From an uncultured Acetatifactor sp. (GTDB lineage Bacteria; Bacillota; Clostridia; Lachnospirales; Lachnospiraceae), in assembly GCA_947630715.1 (NCBI GenBank), contig CANRIP010000012.1, positions 123 through 64,122 of the forward strand: a DNA stretch of 64,000 nucleotides. Direction: 5' to 3'. Below are positions 47,442 to 57,060 of this stretch, piece by piece (positions within the stretch are counted from its first letter, which is position 1; each line of letters begins with the position of its first letter). The position numbers and the translations under genes were made by a program. The notes beneath the pieces are model-generated. The model worked only from the letters and a program-made list of their open reading frames with translations. It made no database searches and had not been told where the DNA came from.

Positions 47442-48637
47442 GAATCAACTATAATGTATCCGCAATGTTGTCCAACAACGCGCTTTCGGACAATGACAAT
47501 CTGCTGGCGGAATCCCTTCAGAGATTATCTTCCGGGCTGAAGATCAACAACGCCAAAGATAATCCGGCGGGACTTGCCATGGCAAAGAGAATGAACGCTC
47601 AGATAGAAAGCCTGAAAAGGGCCAATCAGAACGCCAGCGACGGCGTCTCTATCATTGAGACGGCGGACGGCGCCATGAATGAAGTCAGCGAGATGCTCCA
47701 GCGTATGAACGAGCTTTCCCTGAAGGCGGCCAACGGAACCATGTCGGAGAGCGACAGGAAGACCGTTCAGGAGGAGATCGTGCAGTTGAAGGAGGAAATC
47801 ACCAGAATTGCGGAGACTACGGAGTTCAACGGCCAGAAACTGTTAAACGGGGAATTCTCTCTGCGGGGTTACAATATCAACGGCCTGGAGGTAAAGGTCA
47901 ATTCCTATTCCGACGATGTGACCGCCAAGGAGTACACCATTACCAAAATGACCATCTGCCAGGATGAGGACGGAAATTATTTCGTGCAGCAGAACGCGGA
48001 AGGCGAAGACCCGGTTCTGGAACTGGGGCCTGATTTTCCGGAGGGCGCGAAGGTTTCCATGGAGGATGATATCGTGGTCATCAAGGACGACGCGGGCTTT
48101 GAAATGCGCCTTGACGTTTCCGGGGTGGACTTTGAAGCGGCGGTTCCCGATGCGGACGGTGTAAAAAGCGTTACCTTTGAGCTGCCGGATCCGACGGATC
48201 CCAGCGTTAAGGGAAACGCCATTGTCATTGACGCTACCGGGATTGGAGCCATGCGGATACAGGTGGGGGCCAACGAGGGCCAGGTGATGGTGATGGATAT
48301 TCCGGCCATTACCCTGAAAAATATGGGAATTGAAGAAATCGACGTGTCCACTCAGGAGGGGGCGCTCGACGCGGTAGCCAGACTGGACGGCGCGGTTGCG
48401 TATGTCTCGGGCGTCAGGGGACGTTTGGGAGCTTATCAGAACAGGCTGGAATCCACCATTAACAATCTGGATGTAACGACGGAAAACATGACCGCGGCCT
48501 ATTCCCGGATTATGGATGTGGATATGGCCGAAGAAATGACACAATACACCACCTACCAGGTGTTGACCCAGGCCGGCACATCCATGCTGGCTCAGGCCAA
48601 CGAAAGACCGTCGCAGGTGCTTCAACTGTTGCAGTAG
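47438..48637 (+). CDS. fliC: Flagellin
   Basis: [71 protein letters not shown]. Confidence 0.96.
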   Translation: MRINYNVSAMLSNNALSDNDNLLAESLQRLSSGLKINNAKDNPAGLAMAKRMNAQIESLKRANQNASDGVSIIETADGAMNEVSEMLQRMNELSLKAANGTMSESDRKTVQEEIVQLKEEITRIAETTEFNGQKLLNGEFSLRGYNINGLEVKVNSYSDDVTAKEYTITKMTICQDEDGNYFVQQNAEGEDPVLELGPDFPEGAKVSMEDDIVVIKDDAGFEMRLDVSGVDFEAAVPDADGVKSVTFELPDPTDPSVKGNAIVIDATGIGAMRIQVGANEGQVMVMDIPAITLKNMGIEEIDVSTQEGALDAVARLDGAVAYVSGVRGRLGAYQNRLESTINNLDVTTENMTAAYSRIMDVDMAEEMTQYTTYQVLTQAGTSMLAQANERPSQVLQLLQ

Positions 48638-48690
48638 CCGGGGAGCCGGTCTGCGGAACGTGCCGCTTGCGCGGCAGATTGTGAGGTAAT

Positions 48691-49167
48691 ATGACAAGAG
48701 AAGTCAGGCAGCAGTTCACCTTCCGAATCACACAGGCCAATTCGACGGAAATGGTGGTGATACTGTATGAAATGCTTTTGTGTTATCTGCAAGAAAGCTG
48801 CCAGCTTTTGGAAGGAGACGACAAGATCGCTTTCCATGAGGCCGTGAGAAAAACCAGGGGATGTCTGAACGAGCTGATCAATTCTCTCAGAATGGAGTAT
48901 GAACCTGCGCCCGCCCTGTTGCAGCTATACCTGTTTTGCCTCAGAAGCCTTGCCAGGGGGGAACGGAAGGAGGAACCAGAGCCTTTCCGGGAGGTGGAAC
49001 GGGTGATACGCCCGCTCCATGACGCTTATGAAAAAATTGCGGCGCAGAACAGTCTGGGGCCGGTGATGGAGAATTCCCAGACCGTCTACGCCGGGCTGAC
49101 ATATGGCAGAAACACGTTATCCGAGAACTTGACCGACCAGGGGGCAAACAGGGGAGTTTACATCTGA
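48691..49167 (+). CDS. fliS: FliS-like flagellin chaperone
   Basis: ITQA...MVVILYE, ELINSL, LLQLY.F helical-bundle pattern; follows flagellin. Confidence 0.75.
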   Translation: MTREVRQQFTFRITQANSTEMVVILYEMLLCYLQESCQLLEGDDKIAFHEAVRKTRGCLNELINSLRMEYEPAPALLQLYLFCLRSLARGERKEEPEPFREVERVIRPLHDAYEKIAAQNSLGPVMENSQTVYAGLTYGRNTLSENLTDQGANRGVYI

Positions 49168-49416
49168 TTCCTTCCCGCCGGCGGCAACGGTTTCCGTCAA
49201 CGCAAGATCCGTGAGATGCTTGTATCTTTTCTGGAGAGCGTTAATTTCGTAAATATAGCTGTCGATCAGGTCTTCCTCGACGGCATTGTCAAAACCCGTA
49301 TAGGCCATATTCAGCGCCTGTCGGGTTTTTTCTATGGATTCCTGAAGCGTGATCGGCGTATAATCCTCCTCCGCCTCATGAACGCTGCCTGTCCTCTGAC
49401 TGAAAAAAGTTTTCAT
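49117..49416 (-). CDS. yaaL: YaaL (DUF2508) family protein
   Basis: AY..FDNA.EEDLIDSYIYEINA...RY motif; next to bofA. Confidence 0.8.
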   Translation of the reverse strand: MKTFFSQRTGSVHEAEEDYTPITLQESIEKTRQALNMAYTGFDNAVEEDLIDSYIYEINALQKRYKHLTDLALTETVAAGGKESDVNSPVCPLVGQVLG

Positions 49417-49508
49417 GCTGTCAAGATTCCTTTCTGCTTTGTTGTTACAAGTATAAGCGCAAAATTAGAAAAATATACCAATTTTGCCGGCTGAAATTCT
49501 TTTTTTGG

Positions 49509-49536
49509 AATAATGATCCAGGCAAAGACATATGGT
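49509..49536 (+). promoter_or_regulatory. SigE-like promoter of bofA
   Basis: AATA-16 bp-CATATGGT; B. subtilis bofA is SigE-dependent. Confidence 0.4.
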
Positions 49537-49596
49537 TTATGGAAAACAAACTGTACGGGCCTGGGAAGGGCCCGCTGCCGAAAGGAATCAAAAAAG

Positions 49597-49872
49597 ATGG
49601 GAGAGAATACTCCGGGTATGGCGGCGCTTGTGGGAGTCTGCGCCATCGTGCTTTTGATGGGTGCGGTCAAGCAAAAAAAGGAGTGGCTGTTAAATGTACT
49701 GATGCGCAGCATTTTAGGAACCATTGCGATTTATTTTGTCAACGCGGGGCTGGCTGCCCTGGGAATTTCCCTGGGAGTGGGAATTAATCCCGTTACGGTT
49801 TTGACATCCGGCGTTTTAGGTTTTCCGGGTCTTCTGGCCATTTATGGGTTTGGAATTTATAAGATTTTGTAG
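49597..49872 (+). CDS. bofA: Pro-sigmaK processing inhibitor BofA family
   Basis: Small 3-TM protein with VGINPVT...G.LG.PG motif. Confidence 0.85.
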   Translation: MGENTPGMAALVGVCAIVLLMGAVKQKKEWLLNVLMRSILGTIAIYFVNAGLAALGISLGVGINPVTVLTSGVLGFPGLLAIYGFGIYKIL

Positions 49873-49908
49873 AAATTTAACAAAAATAAAAATTTTATGC
49901 TTTCACTA

Positions 49909-49937
49909 TTGCAATTCTAAAAATCATCAGATATAAT
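49909..49937 (+). promoter_or_regulatory. SigA promoter of the tad operon
   Basis: TTGCAA-17 bp-TATAAT with an A/T-rich upstream element. Confidence 0.7.
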
Positions 49938-50031
49938 TCGCTTACAGTCATGTAGGAAACTTCTGTTTCTGATGTTCTTATTTTCACAGGGGATTTCACC
50001 CCGGTTTTCATGGAAAAGCAGCGCGGAGGAG

Positions 50032-50547
50032 ATGAGATTGGTTTTGGCGGTATTGTGTGTACTGTCCGCGGCTGCCTGCTGGTTCGACTATCACAGGAAA
50101 AGAATTCCCAATGTCCTCATTGTCCTGATGGCGCTGACGGGAATTTACGGCCGCTGCCGGGCGGAAGGGATTCGTGGGGCAGTGGAATGGGCGATGCAGG
50201 CGGCGCTGATTGGAGGAATTTTATATCCGTTTTTTCGCATAGGCGCCATCGGGGCCGGAGACGTAAAGCTGTTTGGCGTTTCGGCGGGCTGTCTGCCCTC
50301 TGATAAAATCTTACTGTTTCTGTTACTCGCAATGGCAATCGCCGCCCTCATTTCCCTGGGAAAGCTGCTGCGCCATCATCAGTTGCAAAAAAGCCTGCGC
50401 CGTCTTCTGGACTATGTGGCGGATGTGGCGTCGGAGGGGCGCTGGAAACTTTACGGTAAGCCGGGAACGGACAGTACCCGGATCAAAATATGTCTTTCCG
50501 GCCCTGTTTTTGTAAGTCTGCTGCTTTTTTGGGGAGGTATTCTGTGA
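50032..50547 (+). CDS. cpaA: A24 prepilin peptidase (CpaA/TadV)
   Basis: D....RIPN and GAGDVKL catalytic aspartate motifs. Confidence 0.88.
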   Translation: MRLVLAVLCVLSAAACWFDYHRKRIPNVLIVLMALTGIYGRCRAEGIRGAVEWAMQAALIGGILYPFFRIGAIGAGDVKLFGVSAGCLPSDKILLFLLLAMAIAALISLGKLLRHHQLQKSLRRLLDYVADVASEGRWKLYGKPGTDSTRIKICLSGPVFVSLLLFWGGIL

Positions 50548-51692
50548 GGGAAACGGTCAGAGAGAGGGAAGCGGCAAACCAGGGGGTGCTGGTTTTGTGC
50601 GATCCGGAGGAAGAATATGCGCAGTTGATGTCGGATTTTCTGAAACGGCAGAAGAATCTGCCCTGGGAACTGCGAACCTTTACGGACGCGCAGAAATTGT
50701 TTCAGGAAAAGCCGGATCGGATCAGCCTGTTGGTAGTGGCGGAGTCCGTATGCTCGGAGCAGATTCGGAACCTGGAGGCGGACAGAATGATTGTGCTGAG
50801 CGAAAGCGGTTTGGCCCGCTGGGAAGGCGTGATGTATGTGGATAAATATCAGGAAGCGGAAAATGTGCTGCGTTTCCTTCTGGAAACCTATATGGAGATT
50901 GCGGACGATCCGCTGCCGAGGCTGAAAAAAGCCTGCAAAACCGTTTTCATCGGCAACTATTCGCCGGTACACAGAAGCATGCAGACGTCGATGGCCCTGT
51001 CTCTGGGACAATTGTTAGCCAGAGAGCATCCCACGCTCTATTTAAATTTTGAACATTACGCGGGGCTGGGGGAGCTGATACCGGATCTTCAGACCTGTGA
51101 TCTGGCGGATCTTTTGTACTTCCTGGGAACAGAGAAGGCCAAGTTTCGGCTCAGGCTTCAGTCCATGCTGAAACACATCGGATCCATGGATTATATTCCT
51201 CCCATGAAATCAGGACAAAACCTTTTGACGGTGACTGCCGCGGAATGGATGGAACTGTTTCAGCAACTGGAGGAAATCGGGCAGTATGAGTATATTATTC
51301 TGGATCTCAGCGAGAGTATGCAGGGGCTTTTTCAGATCCTGCGGCTTTGCCGGATGGTGTTCACCGTCACCAGAGAGGACAGGATCGCCAGGAGTAAGCT
51401 GCTCCAATATGAACAACTGCTTTCGCTCTGCGAATATACGGATGTGCTGGATAAGACAAAACGTCTGAGCCTTTCCCACATACGCAGGCTGCCGGAGGAA
51501 CCGGAACAGTTGACGAAGGGGGATTTGGCGGAAATAACGGGAAAACTGATGGAGGAAATTGTGGGGTGCAGCGAAGGGGAGGGATGCCGGCATGGAGTAT
51601 GGACAGTTGAAAAGGGAGCTTCGGGCAAAGGTGCAGGAGAGGATGGACTTTGGAAAGGATCTGACGGATCAGGAGGTGGAGGAAACCATTGA
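50544..51692 (+). CDS. CpaE/TadZ-like pilus localisation protein (pseudo-receiver plus degenerate P-loop)
   Basis: LCD.EEEYA, DKYQ, YSPVHR..QTS.AL, LYLNFE, YEYIILD; directly before cpaF. Confidence 0.75.
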   Translation: MRETVREREAANQGVLVLCDPEEEYAQLMSDFLKRQKNLPWELRTFTDAQKLFQEKPDRISLLVVAESVCSEQIRNLEADRMIVLSESGLARWEGVMYVDKYQEAENVLRFLLETYMEIADDPLPRLKKACKTVFIGNYSPVHRSMQTSMALSLGQLLAREHPTLYLNFEHYAGLGELIPDLQTCDLADLLYFLGTEKAKFRLRLQSMLKHIGSMDYIPPMKSGQNLLTVTAAEWMELFQQLEEIGQYEYIILDLSESMQGLFQILRLCRMVFTVTREDRIARSKLLQYEQLLSLCEYTDVLDKTKRLSLSHIRRLPEEPEQLTKGDLAEITGKLMEEIVGCSEGEGCRHGVWTVEKGASGKGAGEDGLWKGSDGSGGGGNH

Positions 51693-52806
51693 CGAGGTGA
51701 TGCTGGCCCAGGAATGCCTGACGGTATGTCCGGTTGAGATCAGAAAAAAGCTGAGGAAGGAGCTTTTTGATTCCATGAGGCGGCTGGATGTTTTGCAGAT
51801 CTTTGTAGAGGACAGCTCCGTAACGGAAATCATGATTAATGGAAAGGACAAGATCTTTGTAGAACAGGACGGAAAGCTGAGAAAACTGGATCTGTGCTTT
51901 GACTCCCCGGAAAAGCTGAAGGATGTGATCCAGCAGATTGTGGCCGGCTGCAACAGGGTAGTGAACGAAGCCTCGCCCATTGTGGACGCCAGGCTCCCCA
52001 ACGGCGCAAGAGTGAATATTGTCATGGATCCGGTGGCTCTGAACGGGCCCATTGTGACCATCCGGCGTTTTCCGGATCATCCCATTACGATGGAAAAACT
52101 GGTGCGGATGGACTCCCTTTCTCAGGAAGCCGCCGGGTTCTTAGAAAAGCTGGTGAAGGCAAAATATAATATTTTAATCAGCGGCGGAACCGGCAGCGGC
52201 AAAACCACTTTTTTAAATGTGCTGTCCCGTTTTATCCCTTCCCAGGAGAGGGTGATCACCATAGAGGACAGCGCGGAGCTGCAGTTGCAGGGATTGGAAA
52301 ACCTGGTCAGGCTGGAAACCCGAAACAGTAATGTGGAGGGATGCCGGGAGATTACGGTGCGGGATCTGATCCGTTCTTCTTTAAGGATGCGTCCGGACAG
52401 AATTATTGTGGGGGAGGTGCGGGGAGAGGAGGCGATTGACATGCTGCAGTGTCTGAATACGGGCCATGACGGAAGTATGTCCACCGGGCATGCAAACAGC
52501 GCGAAGGATATGCTGGCCCGTCTGGAAAATATGGTTCTGATGGGAATGGAACTGCCCCTGGCGGCCATCCGCCAGCAGATCGCGTCCGGGGTGGACATTG
52601 TGGTACATTTGGGAAGGCTTCGGGATCAATCCAGAAGGGTGCTGGAAATCTCGGAAATTCTGGGCTGTGAAAACAACGAAATCCAGTTAAATCCCTTGTT
52701 TGTCTTTCAGGAGACGGGGGAGGACGGGCAGGGAAATATTGTGGGGAAACTGGTGAAGAAGGGGGGGATTTTGCGTGAAGGCAAGCTTAAGGCGGCGGGA
52801 CTGTGA
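51592..52806 (+). CDS. cpaF: CpaF/TadA pilus assembly ATPase
   Basis: GGTGSGKTT, IEDSAEL, LRMRPDRIIVGEVRG, NTGHDGS.STGHAN. Confidence 0.96.
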   Translation: MEYGQLKRELRAKVQERMDFGKDLTDQEVEETIDEVMLAQECLTVCPVEIRKKLRKELFDSMRRLDVLQIFVEDSSVTEIMINGKDKIFVEQDGKLRKLDLCFDSPEKLKDVIQQIVAGCNRVVNEASPIVDARLPNGARVNIVMDPVALNGPIVTIRRFPDHPITMEKLVRMDSLSQEAAGFLEKLVKAKYNILISGGTGSGKTTFLNVLSRFIPSQERVITIEDSAELQLQGLENLVRLETRNSNVEGCREITVRDLIRSSLRMRPDRIIVGEVRGEEAIDMLQCLNTGHDGSMSTGHANSAKDMLARLENMVLMGMELPLAAIRQQIASGVDIVVHLGRLRDQSRRVLEISEILGCENNEIQLNPLFVFQETGEDGQGNIVGKLVKKGGILREGKLKAAGL

Positions 52807-53542
52807 CACGATATGGTGGAAACAGGGCGAAAAAGCGAAAGCCTGGGTGGTTTCCGCGGCGGCCATGGGGTTTCTCGCTTATTTCTTTTATCGCAGCCCG
52901 TATGCGCTGCCCGCTCTGGTTCCGGTGGGCGTGTACTGTTATCGGAATCTTCGGAAAAGAAAGCGGGAGAGATACCGTCAGGAGCTGACATCACAGTTTC
53001 GCGAGTGCATCCTGGCCGTGGCCGCCGCCCTTCAGGCAGGGTACTGCGCGGAAAACGCCTTTGTGGAGTGCGGCAGAGACATGAAAATGATGTACGGGCA
53101 GAACGCTGTGATCTGTAAAGAGCTGGAACAGATCAGACGGGGTCTGGCCGTTAATATCACCCTGGAGGAACTGCTCTCGGACTTCGCTGCGCGGAACGGC
53201 TGCGAGGAGATAGACCAGTTTGCGCAGATCTTTTCACTGGCAAAGCGAAACGGCGGCAATATGGCGGCGATTATCAAAAATTCCGCCGCCCTGATCGGGC
53301 GAAAAATTGAACAGCGCCAGGAAATTCTGACACTTTTGTCAGGCAGACGGATGGAACTGAACATTATGAAGATAATGCCGTTTGGGATTCTTGCCTATGT
53401 GGGTCTGGGAAATCCGGGGTATTTTGCGCCGCTATATGGGAACTTGGCGGGGGTGGGGATCATGACAGGGTGCCTTGGGGTATATCTGGCAGCGTTTGCG
53501 CTGGCGGAACGTGTGATGGACCATATGACTGTGTCCGGATAG
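52775..53542 (+). CDS. tadB: TadB-like (T2SS F domain) membrane platform protein
   Basis: L.AGY..ENAF, GGNM..II, TM pattern, position after cpaF; start uncertain. Confidence 0.85.
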   Translation: MKASLRRRDCDTIWWKQGEKAKAWVVSAAAMGFLAYFFYRSPYALPALVPVGVYCYRNLRKRKRERYRQELTSQFRECILAVAAALQAGYCAENAFVECGRDMKMMYGQNAVICKELEQIRRGLAVNITLEELLSDFAARNGCEEIDQFAQIFSLAKRNGGNMAAIIKNSAALIGRKIEQRQEILTLLSGRRMELNIMKIMPFGILAYVGLGNPGYFAPLYGNLAGVGIMTGCLGVYLAAFALAERVMDHMTVSG

Positions 53543-53549
53543 GGAGAAC

Positions 53550-54917
53550 ATGAAGGAACAAACAGGAAAAGAAAGCATATTCCGGAAAGCGGCGATGTTT
53601 TTGTACAAGCAGGCCTGTATCCGCAGGCTCCCGCTGTTTTCCTCCCGCCAGGTGGATCAGGATCTGACGCATCTGAATCATGGAGAAAATATTCAGTGGA
53701 TCCGCACGGAGTACTATGTGAAAAAGGTTTCTCTGGTGTTAGGAATTTTGACGGCGGCAGTGCTTTTGGGAGCCGGGGCAAAGCTGAGCGCCTGGGGAGT
53801 CGGTTCCCGGGAAGACGGCGGCAGCTTTGTGCGGGGCGATTACGCGGACGGGGAAACACAGATTCAGGTAACGGCGCGGCTGGCGGACGGGGAGCAGGAG
53901 TTTCAGATCACGCTTGCCCCCAAGACATTGTCTTCGGAGGAACTGGATCATCTGGCGGAGGATTTCTTGGATCGGCTACCTGAGCTGATTGCGGGGAAGA
54001 ACCAGGGACTTTCCTGTGTGACGGAGGATATGGAACTTTTGGACGCTTATCCGGGATATCCCTTTGAAGTTAGCTGGAGCAGCGACAGACCGGATGTGGT
54101 GAGCGGAACCGGGAGAGTGGTGCAGGGCGCAGAAAAAGAAGAAGTATGCCTGCGGGCTGAAATTTCTTTTGAGGGCTATGAAAGGGAAACGGCTTACCAG
54201 GTTACGGTGCTGCCTATGGAAATGACGGCGGAGGAAAAACGACACGCGGAACTGGAAGAAATGCTGCTGCTGTCGGAGGAGGAAAGCCGTTGCGAGGAGG
54301 TGTGGACTCTGCCGGATGAGTGGGAGGGAGAGCCGATTGTATGGAAACGGAAAAAGGAAGATAAAAGCCTTTTGCTGTGGGGGATGGGAATTGTGGCCGC
54401 AGCGCTGATTTATCTGATGTCGGATCGGGATCTGCACCGGAAACTGGAACAGCGTCAGGACCGTCTGCGGCGGGCATACCCGGATCTGGTTCATCAACTG
54501 GCGCTGTTTGTGGGGGCGGGAATGACGGTGAGGGGCGCGTTCCAGAGGGTTGCGGCGGATTATGAAAAAAAGCGGGACGGATCGGCTGAGATTTTGCCTG
54601 TCTGCGAAGAAATGCTGATCACATGCAGGGAGCTTTCATCCGGCGTTTCGGAGGGAGCGGCATATGAGCATTTCGGAAGACGGACAGGCCGTCAGGAATA
54701 TGTGCGGCTCAGCGCTCTCCTGATGCAGAATGTAAAGAGAGGAAATTCTGCTTTGTTGGAACGTCTGAAGGAGGAGGCGGACAAGGCCGCGGAAGAACAG
54801 CTCATGCAAAACAGAAAGCTGGGTGAGGAAGCCGGGACAAAGCTGTTGGTACCCATGATTATGATGCTGGGTGTGGTGATGGTAATGATTATGGTTCCCG
54901 CTTTTTCCTCCCTGTGA
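53550..54917 (+). CDS. tadC: TadC-like platform protein with an extracellular Ig-like insert
   Basis: YP......L..GAGMT...AF, GEEAGTKLL.PM; WSSDRPDVV..TG Ig-like segment. Confidence 0.85.
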   Translation: MKEQTGKESIFRKAAMFLYKQACIRRLPLFSSRQVDQDLTHLNHGENIQWIRTEYYVKKVSLVLGILTAAVLLGAGAKLSAWGVGSREDGGSFVRGDYADGETQIQVTARLADGEQEFQITLAPKTLSSEELDHLAEDFLDRLPELIAGKNQGLSCVTEDMELLDAYPGYPFEVSWSSDRPDVVSGTGRVVQGAEKEEVCLRAEISFEGYERETAYQVTVLPMEMTAEEKRHAELEEMLLLSEEESRCEEVWTLPDEWEGEPIVWKRKKEDKSLLLWGMGIVAAALIYLMSDRDLHRKLEQRQDRLRRAYPDLVHQLALFVGAGMTVRGAFQRVAADYEKKRDGSAEILPVCEEMLITCRELSSGVSEGAAYEHFGRRTGRQEYVRLSALLMQNVKRGNSALLERLKEEADKAAEEQLMQNRKLGEEAGTKLLVPMIMMLGVVMVMIMVPAFSSL

Positions 54918-54959
54918 GAAGGAGAAAAGCCGGCCAGGAAAACGGAGAGCGCAGGGAAG

Positions 54960-55310
54960 CCGGGAAAAGCCTGAAAAAATTGAGAACAGATCGGAAAAAT
55001 TGGGAACAGATCGAGAAAAGGTAGAAAAAATTATGAACAGATTGGAAAAAAATGGGAGAAAATCGGAAAAAGATTGAGAGAAGGCCGGGAAAAGATCAAG
55101 AGAAGATCAAGAGAAGATCAAGAGAAGATCAAGAGAAGATCAAGAGAAGATCGGCAAAAATTGGGAGAAGATCGGGAGAAGATCGAGAAAAGGTCGGAAA
55201 AATTGGGAACAGATTGGAAAAAATCGGGAGAAAATCGGAAAAAGATTGAGAGAAGGCCGGGAAAAGGTTGGGAAAAAATCGGGAGAAAAGTCGGGACAAA
55301 ACCGGGAAAC
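54960..55310 (+). repeat. Purine-rich 10-11 bp tandem repeat field between tadC and flp
   Basis: Perfect (AAGATCAAGAG)x5 at 55092-55146; a ~60-bp block duplicated at about 55035 and 55207. Confidence 0.9.
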
Positions 55311-55351
55311 GGAATGTTTGCAATATCAATACAGAAAGGAAGGGCAGAGGT

Positions 55352-55537
55352 ATGAATCAAACGGAAAATTTAAAGGGATGGAAACAATTCATCAGAGAGG
55401 AGGACGGCATGGGAACCGTGGAGATCATTTTAATTATTGTGGTCCTGGTAGGGCTTGTGATTCTTTTTAAAGACCAGATCACTAAAATTGTGAATGATCT
55501 GTTTGCCAAAATTACCAAACAGACAGGAAAAATCTGA
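55352..55537 (+). CDS. flp: Flp1-like type IVc major pilin
   Basis: 61 aa; cleavage site EEDG|MGTVEIILIIVVL with Glu at +5. Confidence 0.92.
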   Translation: MNQTENLKGWKQFIREEDGMGTVEIILIIVVLVGLVILFKDQITKIVNDLFAKITKQTGKI

Positions 55538-57042
55538 TGGAGGAAAGACGAAAGACACAGAGCGGAAAAAAGACACAGAGCGAACAAAAGACACAGAACG
55601 GAAGAAAGACACAGAACGGGTATCTGACGGTCTATCTGTCCCTTTGTATCGGCGTAATTCTGTCTCTGTGCCTGACGCTGATCGAAGGCGCGCGCCGGAA
55701 CGGAACCGCCCTGGAGGCGTCCTGCGCGGCGGAGGCGGGAATGCAGAGCATCTTTGCGGAATATCATCGTCAACTGCTGGATCAATATAATCTGTTTGCG
55801 GTGGATTCCTCTTACGGATCCTCCCGGCGCGGCACACTGATGTCGGAAGCCCATTTGGCGTATTATCTGGAAAAAAATGTGGATTTGAGCCAGGTATTCC
55901 TTTCTTCCCTGTTATATCGGGATTTTTTCGGCCTTCAGGTGGATGGCGTAGAAATGACAAGAGTGTCTTTTTTAACGGACGGAGAAGGAGCCGTATTTCG
56001 CAGACGGGCCTCCGAGGCGGTACAGGACGATATCGGACTTTCCATGCTGGATCAGCTTAAGGGATGGGTGGATCAGATTGAAGTCAACAGCCTGGAAAGC
56101 GGCGGGGCCAGTCGGGAAAAGGAATCGGCCGACCAATATATGCGGGATTACGAATACATCGATGAGGAAGGGGTTCCTCATATCGGCGTATACAATCCCA
56201 CGCAGGTACTGGAAGAAAAACGCAGAATGGGGATTTTGAAACTGGCGGTGGAGGATGAGGGCCAACTGTCCCACAATACGCTGAGCACGGACGGACTGGT
56301 CTATGAACGGATGCGGCAAGGGGCTGTGAGCCGGGGCAATATCCCTTTGGAGGAATCTCCCTGGATGCAGGAGCTGGCGGAGCGGTTTTTGTTTCAGGAA
56401 TATCTGCTGCGTTACATGGGAAGGTACGGAAAGGTAGAGGAACAGGACGCGCTGCGCTATCAGATTGAGTACCTGATTGTTGGCAAAAACAACGATATCG
56501 ACAATCTCCGGGGGGTTGCAAACCGCGTATGCGCTTTGCGGGAGGCGGCAAACGTTATATATCTGCTGACGGATTCTGTGAAAAAAGCGGAAGTGGAGCT
56601 GATGGCGGAGGCGATCTGCGGCATTCTGGCGCTGCCGGAGCTTTCTCTGGTTTTGCAGACGGTCATCATTGCGGGCTGGGCTTATGCGGAGAGCGTCTAT
56701 GACGTAAAAACCCTTTTTGCCGGCGGGCGGATTCCGCTTTTCAAGGATGCAGAAACCTGGCATTATGGGCTAAACGCGGCGCTGTCCGGAGATCTGGCGG
56801 ACTATTCCGAAACCGGCCTGGGAATGAGCTACGAAGATTATCTCAGGGTCTTTCTAATGCTGGAAGGGCTGGACAAGCTGACCGGACGGGCCATGAATAT
56901 GGTGGAAGCGGATATCCGCATGACTCCGGGAAACAGTCAGTTTTGTCTGGACGGCTGTTTCGACCGTGCGGAATTTGACATCCGTATGAGCAGCAGCTAC
57001 GGATATCGGTACCAGTTGATTCGGTACCGGGCTTATAACTGA
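55537..57042 (+). CDS. Large pilin-like protein (DUF5702/TadG-like)
   Basis: NG|YLTVYLSL hydrophobic pilin-like N-terminus; S.FAEY...L...YNLF and YQIEYLI.G motifs. Confidence 0.8.
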   Translation: MEERRKTQSGKKTQSEQKTQNGRKTQNGYLTVYLSLCIGVILSLCLTLIEGARRNGTALEASCAAEAGMQSIFAEYHRQLLDQYNLFAVDSSYGSSRRGTLMSEAHLAYYLEKNVDLSQVFLSSLLYRDFFGLQVDGVEMTRVSFLTDGEGAVFRRRASEAVQDDIGLSMLDQLKGWVDQIEVNSLESGGASREKESADQYMRDYEYIDEEGVPHIGVYNPTQVLEEKRRMGILKLAVEDEGQLSHNTLSTDGLVYERMRQGAVSRGNIPLEESPWMQELAERFLFQEYLLRYMGRYGKVEEQDALRYQIEYLIVGKNNDIDNLRGVANRVCALREAANVIYLLTDSVKKAEVELMAEAICGILALPELSLVLQTVIIAGWAYAESVYDVKTLFAGGRIPLFKDAETWHYGLNAALSGDLADYSETGLGMSYEDYLRVFLMLEGLDKLTGRAMNMVEADIRMTPGNSQFCLDGCFDRAEFDIRMSSSYGYRYQLIRYRAYN

Positions 57043-57060
57043 AAAAGGAGGTGAGCAGAG

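Noticed and set aside
54960-55310. CRISPR array or short ORFs (55052, 55074, 55118, 55129)
   Set aside because: No repeat-spacer structure; the ORFs are low-complexity translations of the repeat
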